In this document: piece by piece, positions 47,449-55,370 of the stretch
Numbering within the stretch: the first letter of the stretch is position 1
Layout of the letters: each line of letters starts with the position of its first letter
Assembly: GCA_020832005.1 (NCBI GenBank)
Contig: JAFIFN010000004.1
Coordinates: 5,662 to 69,661 of the forward strand
Source: Gammaproteobacteria bacterium
GTDB lineage: Bacteria; Pseudomonadota; Gammaproteobacteria; Steroidobacterales; PWYM01
Length of the DNA stretch: 64,000 nt
Direction of reading: 5' to 3'
The notes under the pieces: model-generated
Database searches by the model: none
What the model was told of the DNA's origin: nothing
Seen by the model: the letters and a program-made list of their open reading frames with translations, nothing else
Translations under genes and position numbers: made by a program

Positions 47449-48483
47449 ATGCGCCGGCATTGGCAATACTTCTGGCTGGCCGCGCTGGGATGGCTGTTGG
47501 TCAGCGGCTGCGATGGCCCGCCACAGGTGCATTCGCTGTCCGGCTACACCATGGGGACCGAGTGGTCGGTGCGGCTCGTCGCACGCCCGGGTGCAGGCGA
47601 ACTCGGCGGGGTGCGACAGGAAATCGACGCGGCCCTGGAGACGGTCAACGCGCAGATGAGCACCTATCGCGAGAGTTCCGATATCTCGCGGTTCAATCGC
47701 CTGTCGCCGGGCGAGAGGATCGAGCTGCCGGCGGAGTTTGGCAAGGTGCTCCTGGCTGCCCTGGAAATGGCTGATGCCACCGACGGTGCATACGATCCCA
47801 CCGTCGGGCCGCTGGTCAATCTCTGGGGCTTCGGCCCGGATGGCCGGCGTACGCGGGCGCCAGCCGAGGAAGAAATTGATGCCGCACGAAGTCGTGTGGG
47901 CTGGCAGCAGCTCGAGGTGATTACGCGCGAGGGCACCATCGAGCTGGTCCAGCCGGGCGGGGTGTATCTGGATCTGTCATCGATTGCCAAGGGATTTGCA
48001 GTTGACCTGATCGCCGAACGACTGGATGCGCTCGGTTTCGACGCCTATCTGATTGATATCGGCGGGGACATGCGGATGCGTGGACACAGACCGGATGGCC
48101 GGGGCTGGCGCATCGGCATCGAGCGTCCGGTGCCGGAGATGCGCGCCGTGCACAGCGTCATCGCGCCCGGGGACAGGGCTGTGGCCACATCCGGCAGTTA
48201 CCGCAACTTCTATATCGACGACGCGAAGGAGCGCTCGCATACGATCGATCCGCGCAGCGGCCACCCTGTGCCCCCGGAGCTGCTCTCCGTGACCGTGCTG
48301 GATGACAGCGCGATGGTCGCTGACGCGCTGGCCACTGCGATCATGGTGCTGGGTCCGCAGGACGGCTATGCATTTGCGCGGGCACGCGAACTGCCGGTAC
48401 TGTTGATGGTCCTAGAAGATGACATGATCAACGAGCGGATGACGCCTGCGTTCGCACCGTTCCTGGCCGAGGAGCCCCGCTGA
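47449..48483 (+). CDS. apbE: FAD:protein FMN transferase
   Basis: 344 aa from the internal ATG 47449. Carries lipobox LLVSGC and ApbE blocks (MGTEWSV, DPTVGPLVNLWGFG, SIAKGFAVD, ATSGSYRNF). Confidence 0.9.
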   Translation: MRRHWQYFWLAALGWLLVSGCDGPPQVHSLSGYTMGTEWSVRLVARPGAGELGGVRQEIDAALETVNAQMSTYRESSDISRFNRLSPGERIELPAEFGKVLLAALEMADATDGAYDPTVGPLVNLWGFGPDGRRTRAPAEEEIDAARSRVGWQQLEVITREGTIELVQPGGVYLDLSSIAKGFAVDLIAERLDALGFDAYLIDIGGDMRMRGHRPDGRGWRIGIERPVPEMRAVHSVIAPGDRAVATSGSYRNFYIDDAKERSHTIDPRSGHPVPPELLSVTVLDDSAMVADALATAIMVLGPQDGYAFARARELPVLLMVLEDDMINERMTPAFAPFLAEEPR

Positions 48484-48686
48484 TGCTGCCCACTGTGCTG
48501 GTCGCCATTGTGGTGTTCGGTGTGCTGTTCGCCGCGATGGCGATCGGCGTGATCGTGTCGAACAAGCCCGTAAAAGGGTCGTGTGGCGGTCTCGGGGCCA
48601 GCGGCCTCGACGCCGACTGCAAGATCTGCGGGGGTGATCCGGTGCGTTGCGACGAGCAGGCAAGCGACTCAGCCAGGCCGCGCTGA
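48483..48686 (+). CDS. nqrM: (Na+)-NQR maturation protein NqrM
   Basis: 67 aa with one TM helix followed by the Cys cluster GSCGGLG....DCKICGG. The ATG overlaps the apbE TGA. Confidence 0.85.
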   Translation: MLPTVLVAIVVFGVLFAAMAIGVIVSNKPVKGSCGGLGASGLDADCKICGGDPVRCDEQASDSARPR

Positions 48687-48692
48687 CAGCCC

Positions 48693-49097
48693 ATGCGATT
48701 CGCCGGCATGGAACTGATCGCCATCGTCTCGGCACTGGCGCTGCTTGAGTACCTGTACTTCGGCTACCAGGTGGGCAGAGCCCGCCTGCGCTACGGTGTC
48801 CCGGCACCGAAAACCACCGGGCACCCGGAATTCGAACGCTACTTCCGCGTGCAGCAGAACACGCTCGAGCAGCTCGTGGTGTTCCTGCCGGCGGTGTGGA
48901 TGGCCGGCTGGTATGCCGATGTGAATGCCGCGGCCATCCTGGGGCTGGGGTTCGTGCTGGGCCGGGCGATGTATTACGTTGCCTATGTGCGCGATCCGAA
49001 AAGTCGCGGCGCCGGTTTCGCGCTGAGTCTGGCGGCCAACGCGGTACTTGTCATCACCGCCCTGGTCGGGGCGCTGGCCTCACTGCTGCCGATCTGA
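48693..49097 (+). CDS. MAPEG-family membrane protein
   Basis: 134 aa. Four predicted TM helices with FERYFRVQQNTLEQLVVFLP, typical of bacterial MAPEG/GST-like proteins. An alternative ATG lies at 48708. Confidence 0.7.
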   Translation: MRFAGMELIAIVSALALLEYLYFGYQVGRARLRYGVPAPKTTGHPEFERYFRVQQNTLEQLVVFLPAVWMAGWYADVNAAAILGLGFVLGRAMYYVAYVRDPKSRGAGFALSLAANAVLVITALVGALASLLPI

Positions 49098-49140
49098 AGT
49101 GCCCGCAGCCAGTAGCTGAACTACCGCCTGCCCGACAGCC

Positions 49141-50163
49141 TCAGCGGGTCAGCCGGTCGCGCAACGCGCTGGCGGCCAGCGCATCCACGGCCTGCTGCCA
49201 CAGGGCGGCAGCCCGATGGGCCAGGCGCTCGGGCAGCTTTCGCTTGATGCGGTAGTGCACCAGCAGCAGCTCGTGTTCACGCGCCGCTTTCATCAGGTAG
49301 TCGTCGCTGGTGCCGATCTCGTCGATCAACTTGAGCTCCAGTGCGCGGGTGCCGTACCAGGCCTCGCCGGTGGCCACGGCTTCGACGTCGAGCAACTCGC
49401 GATGGCGCGAGACTTCGTCCTTGAACAGCCGGTGGACCTCTTCGATGTCCTCGCGCAGCTTTTCACGCCCTTCTTCGGTGTTCTCGCCGAACAGTGTCAG
49501 CGTACGCTTGTAGCGCCCGGCCGTGACCTGCTCGAAATCCACGCCGCGGCGTTCCAGCCAGCGATGAAAATTGGGCAGCTGTGCGATCACACCGATGGAG
49601 CCGAGGATCGCGAACGGGGCTGCGATGATGCGATCGGCCACGGAAGCCATCAGGTAGCCACCGCTGGCCGCCACCTTGTCCACGGCCACCGTCAGATCGA
49701 TTCCGGCGGCCTTGAGGCGCGCGAGCTGCGAGGCGGCAAGACCATGCTCGTGGACGGTGCCTCCGGCATTTTCCAGGCGCAGCAACACACGGTCCCCTTC
49801 GCCTGCCGCACCCAGCACGGCGGAGACCTCCTCGCGCAGGCTCGCGGTGGCCGTGGCCCGCAGGTCGCCACGAAAGTCGAGCACGAATATCCGCGGGCCC
49901 GTGGAACCCGCCTTGCGCCTGGCCTTCTCCTCGGCGCGGCGGGCCTTGTTCACCTTTTTCCATTCCTGCTTGCCCGAGGCCACGCGTCGGATCGCCATCG
50001 CCATATGTTCATAGCGATCGTTGAGTCGCTCGACGGTGAGTTCAGGCTCGGAGTGCTGACGGCGGGCCATGCCGATGATCAGGCCGGAGACGACGAGCAC
50101 GGCCGCTGTCAGCGTCAGGATCTTGGCCAGGAACAGGCCGTAGTCGGCAAGGATTTCGGTCAT
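49141..50163 (-). CDS. sohB: S49-family inner-membrane protease SohB
   Basis: 340 aa from the internal ATG 50163. Colinear with E. coli SohB (YGLFLAKI, VDKVAASGGYLMA, GRYKRTLTLFGENTEEGREK). Confidence 0.9.
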   Translation of the reverse strand: MTEILADYGLFLAKILTLTAAVLVVSGLIIGMARRQHSEPELTVERLNDRYEHMAMAIRRVASGKQEWKKVNKARRAEEKARRKAGSTGPRIFVLDFRGDLRATATASLREEVSAVLGAAGEGDRVLLRLENAGGTVHEHGLAASQLARLKAAGIDLTVAVDKVAASGGYLMASVADRIIAAPFAILGSIGVIAQLPNFHRWLERRGVDFEQVTAGRYKRTLTLFGENTEEGREKLREDIEEVHRLFKDEVSRHRELLDVEAVATGEAWYGTRALELKLIDEIGTSDDYLMKAAREHELLLVHYRIKRKLPERLAHRAAALWQQAVDALAASALRDRLTR

Positions 50164-50180
50164 GGGGTGTGCAGCCTGCC

Positions 50181-51188
50181 TCAGCGCGCGTCGGCGGCCG
50201 CGGCCAGGCCGACGTTGTTGTGCTCGAATACCCGGTCGGCGCGGTAGCTCGAACGCACCAGCGGGCCCGAGACAACCTCCATGAAACCACGCGCAAGGCC
50301 CCACTGCCGATACAGTGCGAACTGCTCCGGCGTGACAAAGCGTTCAACCGGCAGGTGGTTGGCGGTCGGGCGCAGGTACTGGCCGAAAGTGACGATATCC
50401 ACAGATGCCGCACGCAGGTCGTCCATCGTGGCGGCAATCTCCTCGTCGGTCTCGCCCAGGCCCACCATCAGGCTGGTCTTGGTCAGCACCTCCGGGCGAT
50501 GGCGCTTGGCATGGGCAAGTACGTCCAGGGTCTGGTCATAGCCGGCCCGGGGATCGCGCACCGGGTGGGTGAGTCGGCGCACGGTCTCGATGTTCTGGGC
50601 GAACACCTGCAGCCCGGAGTCGACCACGGTTTCCACGCAATCGTGGCGCCCGGCGAAGTCGGGGGTCAGGGCCTCGACGGCGGTCTCGGGATTGCGCGCC
50701 TTGATGGCACGCACGCAGCGTGCGTAGTGGGCGGCACCCCCGTCGGGCAGATCGTCGCGATCCACAGAAGTCAGCACCACGTATTTCAGTCGCATCAGCT
50801 CGACCGAGCGCGCCGCGTGCTCGGGCTCATCGGTATCGAGCCAGCCGCGGGGGTTACCGGTATCCACAGCGCAGAACTGGCAGGCGCGGGTGCACACCGC
50901 GCCCATCAGCATCAGCGTGGCCGTGCCGTTGTTCCAGCATTCACCGATGTTCGGGCACATGGATTCTTCGCAGACCGTGGCCAGGCGGTGTTCGCGCACG
51001 ATATCGGAGACCTCGCGAAACACCCGACCCGAGGGCATCGGTGCACGCAGCCACGAAGGTTTGCGACCCCGCACCACGGGTTCGCGGTCGGCACGCTGCT
51101 TGACACCGTTCTTGATGGCCGTGTGGCCCTGCTCGGTGCGAAACTTGCTGCCGCTGACGATGACCGGGATGCCGCGAAACTCCGCCAC
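50181..51188 (-). CDS. lipA: lipoyl synthase
   Basis: 335 aa with the auxiliary cluster [13 protein letters not shown] and the radical-SAM CTRACQFC. Confidence 0.94.
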   Translation of the reverse strand: MAEFRGIPVIVSGSKFRTEQGHTAIKNGVKQRADREPVVRGRKPSWLRAPMPSGRVFREVSDIVREHRLATVCEESMCPNIGECWNNGTATLMLMGAVCTRACQFCAVDTGNPRGWLDTDEPEHAARSVELMRLKYVVLTSVDRDDLPDGGAAHYARCVRAIKARNPETAVEALTPDFAGRHDCVETVVDSGLQVFAQNIETVRRLTHPVRDPRAGYDQTLDVLAHAKRHRPEVLTKTSLMVGLGETDEEIAATMDDLRAASVDIVTFGQYLRPTANHLPVERFVTPEQFALYRQWGLARGFMEVVSGPLVRSSYRADRVFEHNNVGLAAAADAR

Positions 51189-51284
51189 GATGGAAATATC
51201 CTTGCGTGTCTGGTCGAAGCAATCATTGTCTCATGTACAGGGGCAGGCGCCCAAGCGCGCATCCGGATCACCGCCCGAGGGCAC

Positions 51285-51310
51285 AAAAAAATCCCGGCAC
51301 GAGGCCGGGA
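51285..51310 (-). terminator. rho-independent terminator
   Basis: Minus-strand reading is TCCCGGC-CTCGT-GCCGGGA followed by TTTTTTT. It lies 61 nt after the stop of the 66-codon ORF. Confidence 0.75.
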
Positions 51311-51371
51311 TCAAGTCAGGGGGATTGCACACTCAGGAGGATCAATAATTCGGTGTCGGGGTCAGCTCTTT

Positions 51372-51572
51372 TTAGTGCAGCCGGGACCAGTCGATCAGCT
51401 TCACCTGGCCCACCTCGCAAGCCAGGTTGCGCGCCAGCAGGCGTTCGATGTCGCGGGGATCCACCGCCGGCGTGACCGGCTGGTTCACTTCCACGACGCC
51501 GCTGTACTCGCGAACCCGACGCCGTCCGGCGGTGTCGGCTAGCAGGAACTGCGTGTAGTACTTTGCGCTCAC
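51372..51572 (-). CDS. small conserved-looking hypothetical protein (66 aa)
   Basis: GTG 51572 within track ORF 51372-51677, giving VSAKYYTQFLLADTAGRRRVREYSGVVEV.... It is followed by a strong terminator. I do not recognise the family. Confidence 0.45.
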   Translation of the reverse strand: MSAKYYTQFLLADTAGRRRVREYSGVVEVNQPVTPAVDPRDIERLLARNLACEVGQVKLIDWSRLH

Positions 51573-51692
51573 AGTCCAAGAGTATTCCCGCCCGGTTCCA
51601 TCCTGCCGTGAGCCATTACACAGTTTCGGCAGACCGACACGCGCCGCGCGCCTGCTATGCTTGAGACCCCTGTGCAACGATGTTTCTGAACC

Positions 51693-53144
51693 ATGCGTTA
51701 CCTGCCCCTTTGCCTGCTGCTGCTCTGCCCCCTCGCCGGTCCGGCGGCCCTGGCCGCCGACCAGGTTCGCGAGTCCCTGTTCGTCGGCGCCGAAACCGCG
51801 CGCACCAGTGCCCAGGCCGCACGCGCCGCGCTGCTCGCCCCTGAGAGCTTCGATGCAGGTGAGACTGCGCTTGCGCGCGCACGTGCCAGCTTCGAGCGCG
51901 GCCGCGCACTCGAGCGCATCCGTCGTGACCTGGACACCGCGGAGCAGGCCTTTGCACGCGCAGCCAGGCGGGCGGCCCCTGCCGAAACGTTCCTGGCAGG
52001 GGCGCTGGCAGCACGCGAGGCGGCACTGGCCAGCTCGGCCGACCGGCTCTATGCGTCAGCCTGGGAGGCTGCCGAGCGGCGGCTCAACGACGCCGCCGTG
52101 GCCCTGGAACAGGACAACCAGACGCGTGCCCGTACGCAGGCCGACGAGGCTGAGCAGGCCTATCGCGATGTCGAGTTGCAGGCCATCGAGGGGCGCCTGC
52201 TCAGCCGCGCTCGTGCCCAGATCGCCGAGGCACAGGCAGCGCGCGTGGATCGGCATGCCCCGCAGACGCTCGAACGCGCGCGGGGCCTGTTGCTGCGGGC
52301 CGAGACGATGCTGCGTGAAGACCGCTATGCGGCCGATGAGGCAGGCGATCTGGCAGAGCGCGCCGCGGCAACCGCCCGGCATGCGCGTTTCCTGGCCGAT
52401 AGCGTGCAGGCTACCCGCGCCCGCGGCGGCAGCGTCGAGCAGGCCCTGCTCGATGTCGAGGCGCCGCTGCGTGCCGCCGCGCGTGAGGCCGACATCGACG
52501 GCGCGCAGACTGCGCGGCCGAGCGAGCTTGGCGAAGCCCTGGTGGAACGGCTGCGTTCGCGCGAGCGCCAGCTGCAGGAGGCGCAGGCCGCCCTGGAGTT
52601 TGCCAACCAGCGCCTGCTCGCGATGGATGAGGAACTGCGCGAACTCGACGGACAACTGGGCGGCGTGGCGCGTGAGCGCTCGGCGCTGATGATGGAACTC
52701 GAGGCACAGGCCCAGGTACGCGGACAGTTCGCCCGCCTGGAAGGCCTGTTCACGCGAGACGAAGCCCAGGTGCTGCGGGAAGGCGAGCGCGTGATCATCC
52801 GCCTCACGGGACTGGTGTTCCCTACCAACTCCTCGACCATTCCACGTGAATCCCGCGCGCTGCTGGCCAAGCTCGCCGAGGCTGCCAATATTTTCCCGCA
52901 GGCGCGCTTCACGATCGAGGGACACACCGACTCGCGCGGCAGTGCTCAGCTCAATCTCGGACTTTCTCAGGATCGCGCCGATGCCGTGCTCCGGCACCTG
53001 GTCACCGAGGAGGGCATTGCCGATTTCCGATTGCGCGCGGTCGGCCTGGGCTCGAGCCGGCCGATCGCCAGCAACGACACTGACGACGGTCGCGCCCGGA
53101 ACCGTCGCATCGATGTGACGTTCTCGGCGGCTACGCCGCCCTGA
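51693..53144 (+). CDS. OmpA-domain protein with long N-terminal helical (DUF4398-like) region
   Basis: 483 aa with signal peptide MRYLPLCLLLLCPLAGPAALA. About 330 aa is Ala/Arg/Glu-rich helical repeat. The C-terminal OmpA_C motif is FTIEGHTDSRGS...NLGLSQDRADAV...RNRRIDV. Confidence 0.85.
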   Translation: MRYLPLCLLLLCPLAGPAALAADQVRESLFVGAETARTSAQAARAALLAPESFDAGETALARARASFERGRALERIRRDLDTAEQAFARAARRAAPAETFLAGALAAREAALASSADRLYASAWEAAERRLNDAAVALEQDNQTRARTQADEAEQAYRDVELQAIEGRLLSRARAQIAEAQAARVDRHAPQTLERARGLLLRAETMLREDRYAADEAGDLAERAAATARHARFLADSVQATRARGGSVEQALLDVEAPLRAAAREADIDGAQTARPSELGEALVERLRSRERQLQEAQAALEFANQRLLAMDEELRELDGQLGGVARERSALMMELEAQAQVRGQFARLEGLFTRDEAQVLREGERVIIRLTGLVFPTNSSTIPRESRALLAKLAEAANIFPQARFTIEGHTDSRGSAQLNLGLSQDRADAVLRHLVTEEGIADFRLRAVGLGSSRPIASNDTDDGRARNRRIDVTFSAATPP

Positions 53145-53856
53145 GCAGCCGACGCGCCAGCGCCAGCATGTCCTCGACATGCAGATCGGGGGGTGGATGC
53201 TGACCGGGCCACGGCTCGGCCCGACGATTCAGCCACGCGGTGTGCATGCCGGCCTGTGACGCCCCCACGACGTCGCACAGTGGATCATCGCCGATATGCA
53301 GGATCTCGGCGGCCGGGCGGGCGGTCACAGCCTCGACTGCCGCGAACATGCGCTGATCGGGCTTGGCTGCCCCCACGTCTCTCGCCGCTACGTAGTGATC
53401 GAAATAGCGGGCCAGTCCGACGCGCTCGAGATCGGCGGTGCCGTTGGTCAACGCCACCAGTGTGTAGCGGCGGTGCAGCGACTCCAGGGCCGGCAGCACA
53501 TCAGCGTGCAGCGAGACACGGTTGCGGGCGGCGCAGAACACCTCGAAGGCCTCACCGGCGCGGCTGGTGGCATAGCCGCAGTCCTCGAGCATGTGTTCGA
53601 GTGTGCGCGTGCGCAACCAGCTGAGGTCATGGGCAAGCTCCGGGTGCGCATCGACCAGCCGCTGGCGCAGCGCCAGGGCCGCGTGCGGCGAGTAGCGATC
53701 GACAACGCGCGGGCAATGACGTTTCAGCCAGGCGCGCAGCTCGCGCTCGGCTGCGATGATGACCGGCGTGATGTCCCAAAGGGTGTCGTCGAGATCCAGC
53801 GACAGAACGGTGGCGTTCGCGGGGTCGCGCTGTGGAGACGGGTTCGTGGCCATCAC
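53131..53856 (-). CDS. HAD-IA family hydrolase
   Basis: 241 aa with motif I LSLDLDDTLWD, motif II ALTNG and motif IV HIGDDPLCDVVGA. Confidence 0.8.
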   Translation of the reverse strand: MMATNPSPQRDPANATVLSLDLDDTLWDITPVIIAAERELRAWLKRHCPRVVDRYSPHAALALRQRLVDAHPELAHDLSWLRTRTLEHMLEDCGYATSRAGEAFEVFCAARNRVSLHADVLPALESLHRRYTLVALTNGTADLERVGLARYFDHYVAARDVGAAKPDQRMFAAVEAVTARPAAEILHIGDDPLCDVVGASQAGMHTAWLNRRAEPWPGQHPPPDLHVEDMLALARRLLRAA

Positions 53857-53912
53857 CCTAGTCTAGCCTAGCCGCGCGACACAGTGACTGGCGTCACGAC
53901 CGGATCCCGGAC

Positions 53913-55142
53913 TCAGGCGGCGTCGCTCTCCGCGCGCTTGCCGACGCGAAACGACCCGGTGGTGACGGCGGCATACGACTCGCGGAAAACCACACGGTTG
54001 CGTCCGTCTTCCTTGGCCTGGTAGAGCGCCTCGTCGGCCATCTGCACGACACCGGCCAGACTGCGCTGGTGATCGGGCGTGGCCAGCGCCACGCCGATGC
54101 TCACGGTGACGACATTGGCGACCGGCGAGCCCTCGTGGGGCACGCCAAGGGCTGCGACTTCGCGTCGCAGTCGCTCGGGCAGGGCTTCGGCATAGTCACG
54201 TGGCGGATCATAGAGCACCAGCACGAACTCCTCGCCCCCATAGCGCGCGCACAGGTCGAAGGGTCGCTGGGCAGCCGCGTTCAGCGTGGACGCCACGCGC
54301 TTGAGACAGTCATCGCCGGCCTGGTGACCGTACAGGTCGTTGTAGACCTTGAAATAGTCGATATCGATCAGGATGACCTGGACAGGGCAGCGGTCGCGAC
54401 GGGCCTGGCGCCAGATGCGCGTGACCTGGTCATCGAACAGGCGCCGGTTGTACAGACCGGTAAGGCCATCGCGCTGGGCCAGTTCGTAGAGCAGCTGGGA
54501 TTCCAGGTAGCTGGTACGCAGTGCGTGCTCAACGGTGTAGGCGCCGATGCCACCGGCCGCGCAGGCAGCACACAGCAGCGCGGCCTGGTAGAACAGCAAC
54601 GGACCCGGCAGGCCCAGCAAGCCGCCCATCACCACGTAGCCCACCGCCACCAGCGTGCTGACCAGCAGCGAGGTGTGGAACAGCAGGCCGACGAACAGAT
54701 AGACATACAGCACGAACAGCACGAGCGAGGCGAAAATATGCGTAGCGCCGGCGATACCCGCGGTGACCGCTCCGTAGCTGAGTACCCCACCGAACACCAG
54801 GGAAACGGCACCAATCAGCCACTGGTGATAGCGCCGCAGATCGGGATGCAGCATGACCAGCAGGCCGAACACCAGCACCGGCAGCATGATGCCGAGGCGC
54901 AGAGGGTTGATGCTCTCGGGCACGGCCTCGCCGCTGCCGACCATGTCCAGGCCAATGACCGAAAGCAACATGACCAGCGCGATGCAGGCGGCCACCCGCA
55001 CACGGCGGATATTGAAGTTGAGGTAGTACTCGCGAAAGTCCTTTTCCAGCGCCGCCACGAACCGAAGCGCCGGAAAGCCGGCCGCCAGCTGCTGGCCGAA
55101 CGCCGATCCATGCGCATCTCGCTTGAGGGACGGAAACAGCAT
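53913..55142 (-). CDS. membrane-anchored diguanylate cyclase (GGDEF)
   Basis: 409 aa with about 6 TM helices. Carries RDGLTGLYNRR, the active site RYGGEEFVLV and an I-site RPFD five residues upstream. Confidence 0.88.
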   Translation of the reverse strand: MLFPSLKRDAHGSAFGQQLAAGFPALRFVAALEKDFREYYLNFNIRRVRVAACIALVMLLSVIGLDMVGSGEAVPESINPLRLGIMLPVLVFGLLVMLHPDLRRYHQWLIGAVSLVFGGVLSYGAVTAGIAGATHIFASLVLFVLYVYLFVGLLFHTSLLVSTLVAVGYVVMGGLLGLPGPLLFYQAALLCAACAAGGIGAYTVEHALRTSYLESQLLYELAQRDGLTGLYNRRLFDDQVTRIWRQARRDRCPVQVILIDIDYFKVYNDLYGHQAGDDCLKRVASTLNAAAQRPFDLCARYGGEEFVLVLYDPPRDYAEALPERLRREVAALGVPHEGSPVANVVTVSIGVALATPDHQRSLAGVVQMADEALYQAKEDGRNRVVFRESYAAVTTGSFRVGKRAESDAA

Positions 55143-55299
55143 CGTGACCTATCTGCCCCATGGACCGGGCGACCGCGTACGGCGACAGGGCCGCCGCGCG
55201 GGCAGCCCACCTGTCAGGCAGAGTAGCCACCTGATGGCCTGTACAACTACTACACCGGTCACGTTTTATGACGCCTGGAGGCCAGGCAGGAGGCTCGGG

Positions 55300-55370
55300 C
55301 AGCCCGTCGGGTGGCGGAGCGCGACAGCCCGTCGAGCGGCGGCCGGGCCGGGCCAGCCCGTCAGGCCTGG
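55300..55370. repeat. three imperfect tandem copies of CAGCCCGTC(G/A)(G/A)G(C/T)GG...
   Basis: cagcccgtcgggtggcgg lies at 55300-55317, cagcccgtcgagcggcgg at 55325-55342 and cagcccgtcaggcctgg at 55354-55370. The last copy spans the RND gene stop codon (55361-55363). Confidence 0.5.
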
